A DNA stretch of 64,000 nucleotides from an uncultured Clostridia bacterium (GTDB lineage Bacteria > Bacillota > Clostridia > Christensenellales > Borkfalkiaceae): assembly GCA_947589565.1 (NCBI GenBank), contig CANQBW010000001.1, positions 48,687 through 112,686 on the forward strand, in the 5' to 3' direction. Position 1 is the stretch's first letter. Every line of letters begins with the position of its first letter. Below the pieces are notes generated by a model, which was given only the letters and a program-made list of their open reading frames with translations, ran no database searches and was not told the DNA's origin. Of this stretch, positions 8,444 through 17,943 are shown piece by piece. The position numbers and the translations under genes are program-made.

Positions 8444-9379
8444 TCAGTAAATGCTGCCCGTCCCCACCACCGGCTGCGCGTCTCTGTTGCCGCAGAGAAC
8501 GACAAGAAGATTGGAGACCATCTGCGCCTTGCGCTCGTCGTCGAGTTCGACGATGTTGTCCTCGGAAAGGCGATTGAGCGCCATCTGCACCATGGAGACG
8601 GCCCCCTCGACGATCTTCTGCCGTGCCGCAATGATCGCGGACGCCTGCTGGCGTTGGAGCATTGCCGCGGCGATCTCGGGCGCATAGGCAAGGTGGGAAA
8701 TGCGAGCCTCCAAAATTTCGATGCCCGCCATGTCCGCACGCATCTGGATCTCCCCTTTGAGGACGTCTGCGATCTCCTGTGCACTGCCGCGGAGAGATTT
8801 TTCATCCCCGCTCGAGGAAACGTCGTAAGGATACTGCCGTGCGACCTGACGGATCGCCGCGTCACACTGTGTCGAAAGATAAGCGGCGTAGTTGTTGACA
8901 TTGAAGACGGCACGCGCCGTATTTGTGATCCTCCAGATGACGACAACGGAAATTTCGATGGGATTGCCCTCCTCATCGTTGACCTTCTGGCGGTCGTTGT
9001 TGAGGGTCATTGCCTTCAAAGAGAGCTTTCTGGCGATCCCGACCGTTCCCCGCGCGGGGTTGACCGCCGAGCAGAAGGGATTCACCCAATAGAATCCGTC
9101 GCGCTTGATCGTCCCGTAATATTTCCCGAAAAGGGTCAGGACATATGCCTCGTTGGGCTGAAGCAGCTTGAAGCCGGGGATCATCAAAACACCCGCAATA
9201 ATCAACACCACAGTGAGCGCGACAAACGCAGAATGAATTGCCCATAAAAGCGGAATCGAGGCGGCAGCAGCCGCAAAGATCAAGATCACGACAAAGAGCA
9301 TCGCCCATCCGTTCTTTTCGCGTGCGCTTCTTTCGTCCACGGAATGATCAAACGAAAGAACGTTGTTATTTTGTTCCAT
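8444..9379 (-). CDS. SPFH/Band 7 (stomatin/prohibitin-like) domain membrane protein
   Basis: Start moved to ATG 9379 (MEQNNN) 5 nt after GGAGGG; the track start is a TTG inside the SD. Two N-terminal TM helices, then an SPFH-type body ([30 protein letters not shown] ... [14 protein letters not shown]). Confidence 0.85.
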   Translation of the reverse strand: MEQNNNVLSFDHSVDERSAREKNGWAMLFVVILIFAAAAASIPLLWAIHSAFVALTVVLIIAGVLMIPGFKLLQPNEAYVLTLFGKYYGTIKRDGFYWVNPFCSAVNPARGTVGIARKLSLKAMTLNNDRQKVNDEEGNPIEISVVVIWRITNTARAVFNVNNYAAYLSTQCDAAIRQVARQYPYDVSSSGDEKSLRGSAQEIADVLKGEIQMRADMAGIEILEARISHLAYAPEIAAAMLQRQQASAIIAARQKIVEGAVSMVQMALNRLSEDNIVELDDERKAQMVSNLLVVLCGNRDAQPVVGTGSIY

Positions 9380-9395
9380 GTTTCCCTCCAAAAAG

Positions 9396-9445
9396 TGATA
9401 TCATTTTGATATCATTATAATAGCACTTTCAAAGAAAGCTGTCAA
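9396..9445 (-). promoter_or_regulatory. sigma-A type promoter of the SPFH gene with a tandem TGATATCATT repeat downstream of the -10
   Basis: Minus strand reads TTGACA (9445-9440), 17-nt spacer, TATTAT (9422-9417). A 10-bp direct repeat at 9396-9405 and 9407-9416 has 11-bp phasing, and each copy contains GATATC. Confidence 0.55.
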
Positions 9446-9457
9446 GCGTTTGAAGGC

Positions 9458-9494
9458 AAAAAAAGGCCCGAAACGGAAAAATTTTCCGCTCGGG
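9458..9494 (-). terminator. intrinsic terminator after ynbB
   Basis: Minus strand reads CCCGAGCGGAAAA / TTTTCCGTTTCGGG, an imperfect stem followed by CCTTTTTTT. Confidence 0.55.
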
Positions 9495-9508
9495 TCGGGT
9501 GTTTTCAA

Positions 9509-10732
9509 TCAGAGAAGCTTTTTGAGGATCTCCCGACAGGCAAGTTTGCAGTGCTCATAGGTGAGTCCCCCCTGAAAATAGGCGGTGTACGGCTCGCGGA
9601 TCGGGGCATCCGCGCTCAATTCGATGCTCGCCCCCGCGACGAAGGTGCCTGCCGCCATGATGACCTTGCAGTCGTAGCCGGGCATATCCCATGCCTCGAG
9701 GCGGACAAAGGAGTCCACCGGGGAGCACTCCTGCACCGATTGAATGAAATCGGTGAGCTGCTTTTCCGTTTTGAATGTAATCGCACGCGTGATGTCCGCG
9801 GGAATTACATCGAGTTTTGGAAAATTCTCGTAGCCGAGCGCGTCCATGCAGCCGCCGATGAGAAGTCCCCCTTTCAGCGCCTGCGCGACGACGTGCGGCG
9901 CGAGGAAAAATCCCTGATAATATGGTTGATAGCCGTAGGCATAGGAGCCGATCTCCCCGCCGACGGAGGGCGCGGTGAGACGGTTCTCGCAAAGAGCGAT
10001 ATACCTTTCTTTTCCCGCAAGATAGCCGCCCGTGGGCGCAAGACCGCCCCCGGGGTTCTTGATGAGAGAGCCGACGATCATGTCCGCGCCGACTTCGGTC
10101 GGCTCTTTTATTTCTACAAATTCGCCGTAGCAGTTGTCCACGAAGAGACACCCCTCAAACCCGCAACCGCGGCAGAAAAAACACATCTTTTGGATTTCCT
10201 CGACGGAGAAGGCGTCGCGAAGTTCATATCCGCGCGAGCGCTGCATGTAGACCATCGCATACTTTTGCCCTTTGAGAAGGTTTTCCGCCTTTTTCAGATC
10301 GGGTTTTCCGTCGGGCAAGAGCGGAAGAATTTCCGCCGTAATTCCGAAATCCAAAAGAGAGCCGTTGCCCTTTCCCCAAACGACGCCGCGGAGGGTATCG
10401 TAGGGCTCCCCCGTCAGAAATAAAATTTTGTCCCCGGGACGTAAGATCCCGAACAGTGCGACCGTCAACGCGTGCGTTCCAGAGAGAATCGAGGGCGAGA
10501 CGATGGCGCGCTCCGCGCCGAAGGTCCGCGCATAGATGCGTGCGAGGGTCTCTCTCCCCTCGTCCCCGTAGCCGTAGCCGGTAGAGCCGTTGAAATGACG
10601 CAGCGCGACCCGCTCCTCCTTGAACGCGCGAAGAACTTTCTCTTGGTTGAAGAGTGCGATCTCGTCGATCCGCGCAAAATTTTCTTTGAGTTTTCCCTCT
10701 TGCTCCGCGATAAATTCCTCAATTTTGTCCAT
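9509..10732 (-). CDS. ynbB: PLP-dependent YnbB / 'aluminium resistance' family protein (Cys/Met-metabolism lyase fold)
   Basis: 407 aa. Contains FNGSTGYGYGDEGRETLARIYARTF...SGTHALTVALFGILRPGDKILFLTGEPYDTL, typical of the YnbB family, which commonly follows miaA in Firmicutes. Confidence 0.8.
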   Translation of the reverse strand: MDKIEEFIAEQEGKLKENFARIDEIALFNQEKVLRAFKEERVALRHFNGSTGYGYGDEGRETLARIYARTFGAERAIVSPSILSGTHALTVALFGILRPGDKILFLTGEPYDTLRGVVWGKGNGSLLDFGITAEILPLLPDGKPDLKKAENLLKGQKYAMVYMQRSRGYELRDAFSVEEIQKMCFFCRGCGFEGCLFVDNCYGEFVEIKEPTEVGADMIVGSLIKNPGGGLAPTGGYLAGKERYIALCENRLTAPSVGGEIGSYAYGYQPYYQGFFLAPHVVAQALKGGLLIGGCMDALGYENFPKLDVIPADITRAITFKTEKQLTDFIQSVQECSPVDSFVRLEAWDMPGYDCKVIMAAGTFVAGASIELSADAPIREPYTAYFQGGLTYEHCKLACREILKKLL

Positions 10733-11627
10733 AAATCTCTATGACCTCCCGCGCCGCAGGTTTGACGTCCTTGGGCGTGATCCAATGCAAATTCTGCGTC
10801 TTTTTGAAAAAAGTCAGCTGTCTTTTGGCATAATTGCGGGTATTTTTCTTGATTATGTCTGACATAGTACTATGCAAATCGCCGTTTTTCAAAGATTCGA
10901 TGACTTCTTTGTACCCAATCCCCTGCATACACTGCGCAGTTTCCTTCACGCCGCTTGCAAGAAGCCCCCTCACCTCTTCGACGAGTCCCGCCTCTATCAT
11001 CTCGTCCACGCGGCGGTCGATCCGCACATAGAGCTCCTCTCGCGGGAAGGAAAAGGCAAAGGCGGAGAAGGGATAGCGGGGAATGGGCAAATCGTGCTGT
11101 TCGGACTTCTTTTTGCCCGTTGCTTCAAAAATTTCGAGCGCACGAATGACCCGTTTTTCGTCGTTGGGGTGCAATTTTTCCGCGCTCTCGGGGTCCACTT
11201 CCTTCAGCTTTTCATAGAGAAATTGCTGCCCCTTTTCGCGGGAGAGCGCCTCGAGGCGGGCGCGGATATTTTCGTCCTTGGGGGTATTTCCGTAGGAATT
11301 GCGATAGAGCAGCGCATTCAGATAGAATCCTGTTCCGCCGCAAAGGATCGGCGTCTTCCCGCGCGACAAAATGTCCTCTAAGATGGGAAGCGCCATCTTT
11401 TCGTAGTCACCGACGGAGAAATTTTGGGTGGGTTCAACGACGTCGATCATGTGGTGGACGACTCCCCCGCGCTCTTTTAACGTTGGCTTTGCCGTCCCGA
11501 TATTCAATCCTTTATAAACAAGAAGGGCGTCGACGGAGATAATTTCTCCATTTAAAAGTTTTGCGCACTCGACAGAGAGGGCGGTCTTCCCCGAGGCGGT
11601 GGGCCCGCAGATGACGAGAATTTTCAT
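10719..11627 (-). CDS. miaA: tRNA dimethylallyltransferase
   Basis: P-loop GPTASGKT, ISVDALLVYKGLNIGTAKP, and C-terminal NTRNYAKRQLTFF. Confidence 0.92.
   Translation of the reverse strand: MKILVICGPTASGKTALSVECAKLLNGEIISVDALLVYKGLNIGTAKPTLKERGGVVHHMIDVVEPTQNFSVGDYEKMALPILEDILSRGKTPILCGGTGFYLNALLYRNSYGNTPKDENIRARLEALSREKGQQFLYEKLKEVDPESAEKLHPNDEKRVIRALEIFEATGKKKSEQHDLPIPRYPFSAFAFSFPREELYVRIDRRVDEMIEAGLVEEVRGLLASGVKETAQCMQGIGYKEVIESLKNGDLHSTMSDIIKKNTRNYAKRQLTFFKKTQNLHWITPKDVKPAAREVIEIYGQN
10851..10880 (-). promoter_or_regulatory. 30-bp palindrome-containing element, copy C (inside the miaA 3' region)
   Basis: Minus strand reads GATTTGCATAGTACTATGTCAGACATAATC. It encodes DLHSTMSDII of MiaA and lies 119-148 nt upstream of the ynbB ATG. 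Confidence 0.45.
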
Positions 11628-13459
11628 ACGATGCGCTTGAAGAGCTTCTCAAGCTCCGATTTTTTCATCTTGACGCAGGCGGGTCTGCCGTGCGGGCACT
11701 TGATGCCCATGTCCCCGTCCATGCCCTCGAGGAGGGCGCGAACTTCCCCGTCCGAAAGCTGCTCGCCGCCCTTGACTGCCGCCTTGCAAGCCATCATTGC
11801 GAGTCTGTCCTTGAAAATTTCGCTGAGTTTGATCGCCCGGAGCGTCTCCAAAGAGGAGAGCACCTCGGAGAAAAATGCTTTGAGGTCGATCCCCGTCAGC
11901 TCCGCGGGATGGGAGGAAATTTTAAAGCTGCTGCCGCCAAATTCCTCGATTTCGAAGCCGAGCTCCCGGAAATTTTGAAGATTTTTCTGCAAAAAGACAA
12001 ATTCCTGCGGATTTACATTCAGAATATAGGGCAAAAGCAGCGACTGCGCCGCAATTTCCCTTTGATCCGCCCGCGCCTTCAACTTGTCGTAGAGCAGCCG
12101 CTCATGCGCGGCATGTTGGTCGACGAAGTAGGCAGCGTCCCCCATTTCATAGATGAGATAGGTGTGAAAGAGCTCCCCCTTGTAGACGAGAAGGTGCGGA
12201 TCGACCCTGTCCTGCCGAGGAGCTTGGCGCAGAAGACGCTGATTCTCCGCGAAGACGTCCTCTTCGGGGGCTTCGTATTCGCTCGAGGCCAAGGTATAGG
12301 CGCTCTGCGTGCGGCGCTGCTCGAAGGGAAGATTTTTTCCCACTTCCGAGACGACGAAATGAAGTTCTTCCCTCGCCTCGCGGTAGCTCATTTGGGGAGA
12401 GGGCGTATTTTGAACGATTTCTGCTTCTTTCGGCGCGGGCTCTTCCTTCAATGCGGGAAGTTCCGCCAGAAATTCAAGCGCCTTGGAACTTCCGTCGAGC
12501 ACAGAGGAGACAACAGAATAGACGCTCCCATAGACGACCTGATTGTCCGCAAAGCGGACGTCTGCCTTGTTGGGATGGACGTTGACGTCCACGATCTCGG
12601 GCGGAAGGGAGAGGGAGAGAATATAAAAGGGATACTGCCGCTTCATGAGGTAGCGGGAGTAGGCGTTTAAAATGGCGAGCGAAACCGTCTGGTTGACAAC
12701 ATAACGCCCGTTGACAAACAGGGACTGGTAGGTCCTGTTCGACTTGTAGAAATTGGTATTTCCGAGAAAGCCCGTGAGGTGCAAGCCGTTCTTTGTCGCG
12801 TCGAGCTCATAACAATTTTCAAGGGCGGACGCGCCGTAGATGATCGCGATCGCGCTCTTGAGCCCGTCGCCGAGGGTCTTGAGACGCAACTTTCCGTTGA
12901 GAAGATAGGTAAAGGAGACCTGCGGCTTCATGAGCGCACAGCGAATGACGACGTTGGTGACGTCCGCCTCCTCCTGCGATTCCGATTTGAGGAATTTTCG
13001 TCTTGCGGGGGTGTTGAAGAAGAGCTCTTCGACGGTCACCTGCGTGCCGTCCGCACCCGCCGAGGGCAGAATCTCCCCCAAAACTCCCCCATCGCAGGAG
13101 AGAGAGAAGCACTCCTCCCCTCTTCTTCTCGATACGATCTTCATGCGGGAGACGGAGGCGATGGAGGCGACCGCCTCGCCGCGGAAGCCGAGGGTCGCGA
13201 TGCGCTCCAAGTCCTCCGCCGAGGAGAGCTTGCTCGTCGCATGGGGAAGAAAGGCCTTTTTGAGGTCACTCTTCTCGATCCCGCAGCCGTTGTCGGTGAC
13301 GCGCAAAAACTTTCCCCCCGCCGTTGTCTCGACGGTGATCTCCGTCGCGCCCGCGTCGAGGGCATTTTCGATGAGCTCCTTGGCGACGGAATAGGGCCGG
13401 TCGACGACCTCTCCCGCCGCGATCCGATTGAAGACCTCGGGCGAAAGAATATTGATCAT
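11624..13459 (-). CDS. mutL: DNA mismatch repair protein MutL
   Basis: Start set to ATG 13459 (MINILSPEVFNRIAAGEVV), which overlaps the mutS TGA (ATGA). GHKL ATPase motifs ELIENALDAG and DNGCGI are present. Confidence 0.93.
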   Translation of the reverse strand: MINILSPEVFNRIAAGEVVDRPYSVAKELIENALDAGATEITVETTAGGKFLRVTDNGCGIEKSDLKKAFLPHATSKLSSAEDLERIATLGFRGEAVASIASVSRMKIVSRRRGEECFSLSCDGGVLGEILPSAGADGTQVTVEELFFNTPARRKFLKSESQEEADVTNVVIRCALMKPQVSFTYLLNGKLRLKTLGDGLKSAIAIIYGASALENCYELDATKNGLHLTGFLGNTNFYKSNRTYQSLFVNGRYVVNQTVSLAILNAYSRYLMKRQYPFYILSLSLPPEIVDVNVHPNKADVRFADNQVVYGSVYSVVSSVLDGSSKALEFLAELPALKEEPAPKEAEIVQNTPSPQMSYREAREELHFVVSEVGKNLPFEQRRTQSAYTLASSEYEAPEEDVFAENQRLLRQAPRQDRVDPHLLVYKGELFHTYLIYEMGDAAYFVDQHAAHERLLYDKLKARADQREIAAQSLLLPYILNVNPQEFVFLQKNLQNFRELGFEIEEFGGSSFKISSHPAELTGIDLKAFFSEVLSSLETLRAIKLSEIFKDRLAMMACKAAVKGGEQLSDGEVRALLEGMDGDMGIKCPHGRPACVKMKKSELEKLFKRIV

Positions 13460-15990
13460 AGATACTTCTCCTTCCACTCCGAGAGAATGGTCAGAGCCTG
13501 CATGGGCGAGAGAAGGTCGGGATTGAGTTCCCTCAATTCCCGAATGAGTCCCTCATCGGACTCTTCTTCCTCCTCTTCGGGAAGATTTTTGCGGGTGATC
13601 TCGTTCTTTTCGAGCTGTTTGAGGAGAACTTTGGCGCGGGAAATGACCTCTTCGGGAACCCCTGCAAGGGCGGCAACTTCCACGCCGAAGGAGCGGGAGG
13701 CTCCCCCGCGGACGATCTTCCGCAAAAAGACGACGGAGCCCCCCACTTCGCGCACGCTGATCTTGTAATTTTTGACGCCCGGGAGCTTTCCCTCGAGCTG
13801 GGTGAGTTCATGATAATGGGTGGCGAACAGCGTCTTCGCGCGTACATTCTCATTGAGGTGTTCGATGACAGACCAGGCGATGGAGAGCCCGTCATAGGTA
13901 CTCGTTCCGCGCCCGACTTCGTCCAAGATGAGAAGACTTCTCTTCGTCGCGTTTCTTAAAATGTTTGCAACTTCCGTCATCTCGACCATGAAGGTACTCT
14001 TGTCCGAAATGATGTTGTCGCTCGCGCCGATGCGCGTAAAGATGCGATCGCAGAGGGGTACGGTCGCCTCCTTTGCGGGGACGAAACTGCCCAAATGCGC
14101 CATGAGCACGATGAGGGCATTCTGCCTTAAATAGGTGCTCTTACCCGCCATGTTGGGACCCGTGATGATGAGCGTCCTGTTCTCTCCCCCGTCTAAAGAG
14201 CAGTCGTTGGGGACAAACCGCTCGCGGGAAATCTCCTCCACGACGGGATGTCTCCCCTCTTTGACGGAGAGGGCTCCCTCTTCGACGATGATTGGTCTAA
14301 AGTATTTTTTCTCCTTTGCGATCGTGGCGAGGGCGAGAAAACAGTCGAGCCGCGCGATCGCCTCGGAAATTTTTTGCAGAATGGGGATATTCTTCTCGAG
14401 CATTTCGAAGATCTCCGAAAAGAGCTGCTGTTCGATGGCGTCCGCCTTTTCGGAACTGCCGAGAATGTCGCTCTCGAGGACTTTGAGCTCCTCGGTGAAG
14501 TATCGCTCGCCGTTTGAGATCGTCTGTTTGCGGATATAGCTGTAGGGAACAAGATCGCGGAAGGCATTCGAGACCTCGATATAGTAGCCGAAGACGCGGT
14601 TGAATCCCACCTTGAGGGACTTGATCCCCGTCTTCTCCCGCTCCCGCGCCTCGAGCCGGGAGACGAGCTCCTTGGAGTTCTTGCCCTTCTCGCGCAATTC
14701 GTCGAGCCGCTTGTTGAAGCCCGCCTTGATAAAGTTCCCCTCGCGCAGAAGTCCCGCGTTGTCCGAAAACGCGCTGTCGAGGAGCTCACAAATTTCTTTG
14801 GGATCGACAAGATCGTTCAAGATCTCCTTCAAAAGCGGAGAAGTAAAGCCGGAGAGCTTCATCTTAAGGCCGGGAATCAATGAGAGCGACTTTGAAAGGG
14901 CGACGCAGTCCCGCGGCTGAAGGTTGCCGTTGCCGATCTTTCCCGTCAGCCGTTCGACGTCGTGCATTCCCGAGAGGGATTCGGCGATCCCCATGCGAAT
15001 GACCGAGGCATCGAAGAGCTCCTGCACCGCATCGAGCCGCTCTTCGATCTTTGCCCGATCCAAGAGAGGTTTTAAGATCATGGAACTTAAGAGCCTTGCG
15101 CCCATGCCCGTCTTCGTCTTGTCGAGGAGCCACAAAAGAGAGCCGTACTTCTTGCCGTCCGCGTTGTTGCGCAAAATGTCCAAATTTTTGACCGCGATGG
15201 GATCGAGGACCATATACTCGCCCGCCGTGAAGAGGGTGAGTTTATTGATGTTTTTGATGGAGCGCTTCTGCGTCTCGGTCAGATATTCGAGGAGCGCACC
15301 CGCCGCACGGACGCAGACGGGACGGTCTTCGAGTCCCAACGCCTCCATGCCCGAGACGTTCAGCTGTTCGCGCAGCATTTTTTCGGCATGGGCGCTCTCG
15401 AACGCCCACGGAAGATAGCAGGTGAAGGGCGGAAGACTCTCCTTCTGCGGAAATTTCCCGAAGGTCATCAGAATTTCGCTGTTGCAGACGATCTCCGAGA
15501 CGGAGAGATTATAAAGTTCGGAGAGAAGTTTCTCCGCGCTCTCGACTTCCGAGACGCAGAACTCCCCCGTCGTGATGTCGGCATAGGCGTAGGCAAACTT
15601 CCCCTCACACTCGCAGCAGCAGGCGATGAAGTTGTTTTTCTTCGAATCCAGAAGATCGCTCTCGATGACGGTCCCCGCCGAGACGACGCGCACGACCCCC
15701 CGCTCCACGGGTCCCTTCTTGGGGTCGGTGAGCTGTTCGCAGATGGCGACCTTGCAGCCCGCCTCGACGAGTTTTGCAAGATACCCGTCTACCGCATGGT
15801 AGGGTATACCGCACATGGGCGCACGCTCCTCCTCGCCGCAGTCCCTGCCCGTGAGGGTCAGATCGAGAATTTTCGACGCCTTTTCCGCATCCTCGAAGAA
15901 CATCTCATAAAAGTCCCCCAGCCGAAAGAAGACGATACAGTCGGGATACTCGTCCTTGACCGTTCTCCAATATTTCATCATGCTTGTCAT
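13456..15990 (-). CDS. mutS: DNA mismatch repair protein MutS
   Basis: 844 aa. Contains FFRLGDFYEMF, Walker A GPNMAGKST, DEVGRGTSTYDG and ATHYHEL. Confidence 0.96.
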   Translation of the reverse strand: MTSMMKYWRTVKDEYPDCIVFFRLGDFYEMFFEDAEKASKILDLTLTGRDCGEEERAPMCGIPYHAVDGYLAKLVEAGCKVAICEQLTDPKKGPVERGVVRVVSAGTVIESDLLDSKKNNFIACCCECEGKFAYAYADITTGEFCVSEVESAEKLLSELYNLSVSEIVCNSEILMTFGKFPQKESLPPFTCYLPWAFESAHAEKMLREQLNVSGMEALGLEDRPVCVRAAGALLEYLTETQKRSIKNINKLTLFTAGEYMVLDPIAVKNLDILRNNADGKKYGSLLWLLDKTKTGMGARLLSSMILKPLLDRAKIEERLDAVQELFDASVIRMGIAESLSGMHDVERLTGKIGNGNLQPRDCVALSKSLSLIPGLKMKLSGFTSPLLKEILNDLVDPKEICELLDSAFSDNAGLLREGNFIKAGFNKRLDELREKGKNSKELVSRLEAREREKTGIKSLKVGFNRVFGYYIEVSNAFRDLVPYSYIRKQTISNGERYFTEELKVLESDILGSSEKADAIEQQLFSEIFEMLEKNIPILQKISEAIARLDCFLALATIAKEKKYFRPIIVEEGALSVKEGRHPVVEEISRERFVPNDCSLDGGENRTLIITGPNMAGKSTYLRQNALIVLMAHLGSFVPAKEATVPLCDRIFTRIGASDNIISDKSTFMVEMTEVANILRNATKRSLLILDEVGRGTSTYDGLSIAWSVIEHLNENVRAKTLFATHYHELTQLEGKLPGVKNYKISVREVGGSVVFLRKIVRGGASRSFGVEVAALAGVPEEVISRAKVLLKQLEKNEITRKNLPEEEEEESDEGLIRELRELNPDLLSPMQALTILSEWKEKYL

Positions 15991-17306
15991 AGCCTGTTCT
16001 CCTCCGTGCCGTAAAGAGAGACGCCGTTCGCTTGCCCAATCCTGAGCGTGACGAACTCGCCGATCAAATTCTTATCGCTTGCAAAATAGCCCATTCTGCC
16101 CTCCTCGTTCCTGCCGAGGTAGAGTTTTTTCTTCTCATCGAAGTCCTCGCAGAGAATTTCCGTCCTCTTTCCGACGAAGCGCGCGCTCTTTTTCCGCGTG
16201 TTCTCGTTGACCTTCTCCACGAGGCGCATGATGCGGTCCTTTGCGGTCTCCTCGTCGATCTTTCCCTCCATTGCGGCGGCCTTGGTCCCCGTGCGGGGGG
16301 AATAGATGAAGGTGAACGCCGAGGAAAAGTCCGCCTCTTCGACGAGGGAGAGGGTGTCTTGAAACTCCTCCTCCGTCTCCGTGGGAAAGCCCACGATGAG
16401 GTCGCTCGTCACATCGCAGCCGGGGATCATCTCCCGCAGCATGGCGATCTCTTCCAGATATTTTTCGCGGGTGTAGCGCCTGTTCATGAGGGAGAGAATA
16501 CGATTGTTTCCCGACTGCGCGGGAAGGTGCAGAAGGTTGCAGACGTTCTCTCTTTTTGCCATGACGGAGGCAAGCTCCCGCGTGAAGTCCTTGGGATGAG
16601 AGGTCATGAACCGCACCCGATACTTTCCCCCGAAGGAAGCGCAGGCGGAGAGAAGCTCGGGAAAGCTCATTTCCCCCCTTCCGTCGCTGTTGAAGGAGTT
16701 GACGTTCTGCCCGAGAAGCGTAATTTCCTTATAGCCCTCTTCTAAGAGTCCCTCAACTTCGCGCAAAATATCTTTGGCGCTTCTCGAACGCTCCCTGCCC
16801 CGAACATAGGGCACAATGCAGTAGGTGCAGAAGTTGTTGCAGCCGTAGGTGATGTTCACCCAGGCGTTGGGATAGCTTGTCCGAACGGGACTTATCCCGT
16901 CCTCCGTCTCTCCCCGCTCATCATGCACGGAGAGCAGGAATTTTTTGACTCTTCTCCTCTGTTCGATGAGAGAGGAGAGCTCCCCCAAATTGTGGGTGCC
17001 GAAGATGATATCGATGAAGGGAAACTTCTTTTTGAGGATTTCCGCTTTTCCCGCCTCCTGCGTCATACAGCCGCCGACGGCGATGAGAAGATACTTCTTC
17101 TCCCGCTTGAGCTTTTTGAGTGCGCCGATGTTTCCGAAGGCGTGATTTTCGGCGTTTTCGCGGATACAGCAGGTGTTGAAGACGATGATGTCCGCCTCTT
17201 CGAGGGGAACTTCCTTTTCGTAGCCGAGCCCCTTCAAAACGCCCGCGATCTTCTCCGACTCATGCAGATTCATCTGACAGCCGTATGTGACGATGTGATA
17301 GTTCAT
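15987..17306 (-). CDS. miaB: tRNA-2-methylthio-N6-dimethylallyladenosine synthase
   Basis: Start moved to ATG 17306 (MNYHIVTYGCQMN) behind AAAGGGA. Radical-SAM motif CNNFCTYCIVP. The 35-codon upstream extension in the track lies inside repeat block R2. Confidence 0.9.
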   Translation of the reverse strand: MNYHIVTYGCQMNLHESEKIAGVLKGLGYEKEVPLEEADIIVFNTCCIRENAENHAFGNIGALKKLKREKKYLLIAVGGCMTQEAGKAEILKKKFPFIDIIFGTHNLGELSSLIEQRRRVKKFLLSVHDERGETEDGISPVRTSYPNAWVNITYGCNNFCTYCIVPYVRGRERSRSAKDILREVEGLLEEGYKEITLLGQNVNSFNSDGRGEMSFPELLSACASFGGKYRVRFMTSHPKDFTRELASVMAKRENVCNLLHLPAQSGNNRILSLMNRRYTREKYLEEIAMLREMIPGCDVTSDLIVGFPTETEEEFQDTLSLVEEADFSSAFTFIYSPRTGTKAAAMEGKIDEETAKDRIMRLVEKVNENTRKKSARFVGKRTEILCEDFDEKKKLYLGRNEEGRMGYFASDKNLIGEFVTLRIGQANGVSLYGTEENRL

Positions 17307-17324
17307 AAATAATCCCTTTAATAT

Positions 17325-17943
17325 TTCGAACGAAATCTTCCTACGGAATCTTTCGTTCGAGGAAATGAGCTTGTTTGCCTTGATTTTTTTGGTCGTCTCG
17401 TTCGCTTTCACAACAATGTGCGTCCTGTGGGGCGCCTATTGAGTACTGCAGCGCAAAAGCGTGGTTTTGCTCGCACACATTATTTTTTAAAACAAAGGAC
17501 TGATTTCTGCTTGCTTAGGGGATTCCCGTTCGCTGCGCTCACTTTACTTCGCCTACGGCTCGTGCGCCGCGTATGGATTCTCAATAGAACGACGCGTCGT
17601 CGACTTCGCTCAGGATGACAGATCAAAAAGCGTTGTCATGTTGAGCGGAACGAAGTGAAGTCGAAACATCTCGCCCTTTGTTCTAAATCCATCGGTGCGA
17701 GCAGGGTTTCCCTGCGCTGCACGCCCCTGTTTGCGAGCCACCGCACGCTTCTTGTCGTTTGAAACGAATGAGAGTGGAGCGTTGCATTCCTGCTCAACAG
17801 CCCGGTGGGCTGTGAGTGCAACGCGACAGCCGAGCTGGTGGCGAGGCGTGGTGAGGCGGGCGCTACCGCCGAACCGGGCTATGGGAACTCGAAAGCTCAT
17901 TTCCTCGACGATAAATATTCCGAAGGAAGATTTTCGTCGAAAT
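17325..17943. repeat. modular repeat block R2: foldback element with inverted ~45-nt hairpin termini
   Basis: The left end 17325-17372 (TTTCGAACGAAATCTTCC..CGAGGAAATGAGC) is the inverted counterpart of the right end 17898-17943. Internal modules: C (17391-17425), A inverted (17518-17620), B (17677-17723). Fills the whole cobB-miaB spacer. Confidence 0.85.

Noticed and set aside
17307-17411. The 35-codon N-terminal extension of the miaB ORF in the track.
   Set aside because: The extension is encoded by repeat block R2 (F hairpin and arm). MiaB homologues begin at the xxYxIxTYGCQMN motif, and that ATG has its own SD.
17418-17618. Short ORFs carried by repeat blocks that share peptide ends such as LVRRVWILN(K/R)TTRRRLRS (17418..17618 and 51536..51742). 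Also the larger ORFs 59258..59944, 59331..59996, 17610..18515 and 17695..18684.
   Set aside because: The similarity is at the DNA level. The modules occur in both orientations and in different frames, so no reading frame is conserved. There are no SD sequences.
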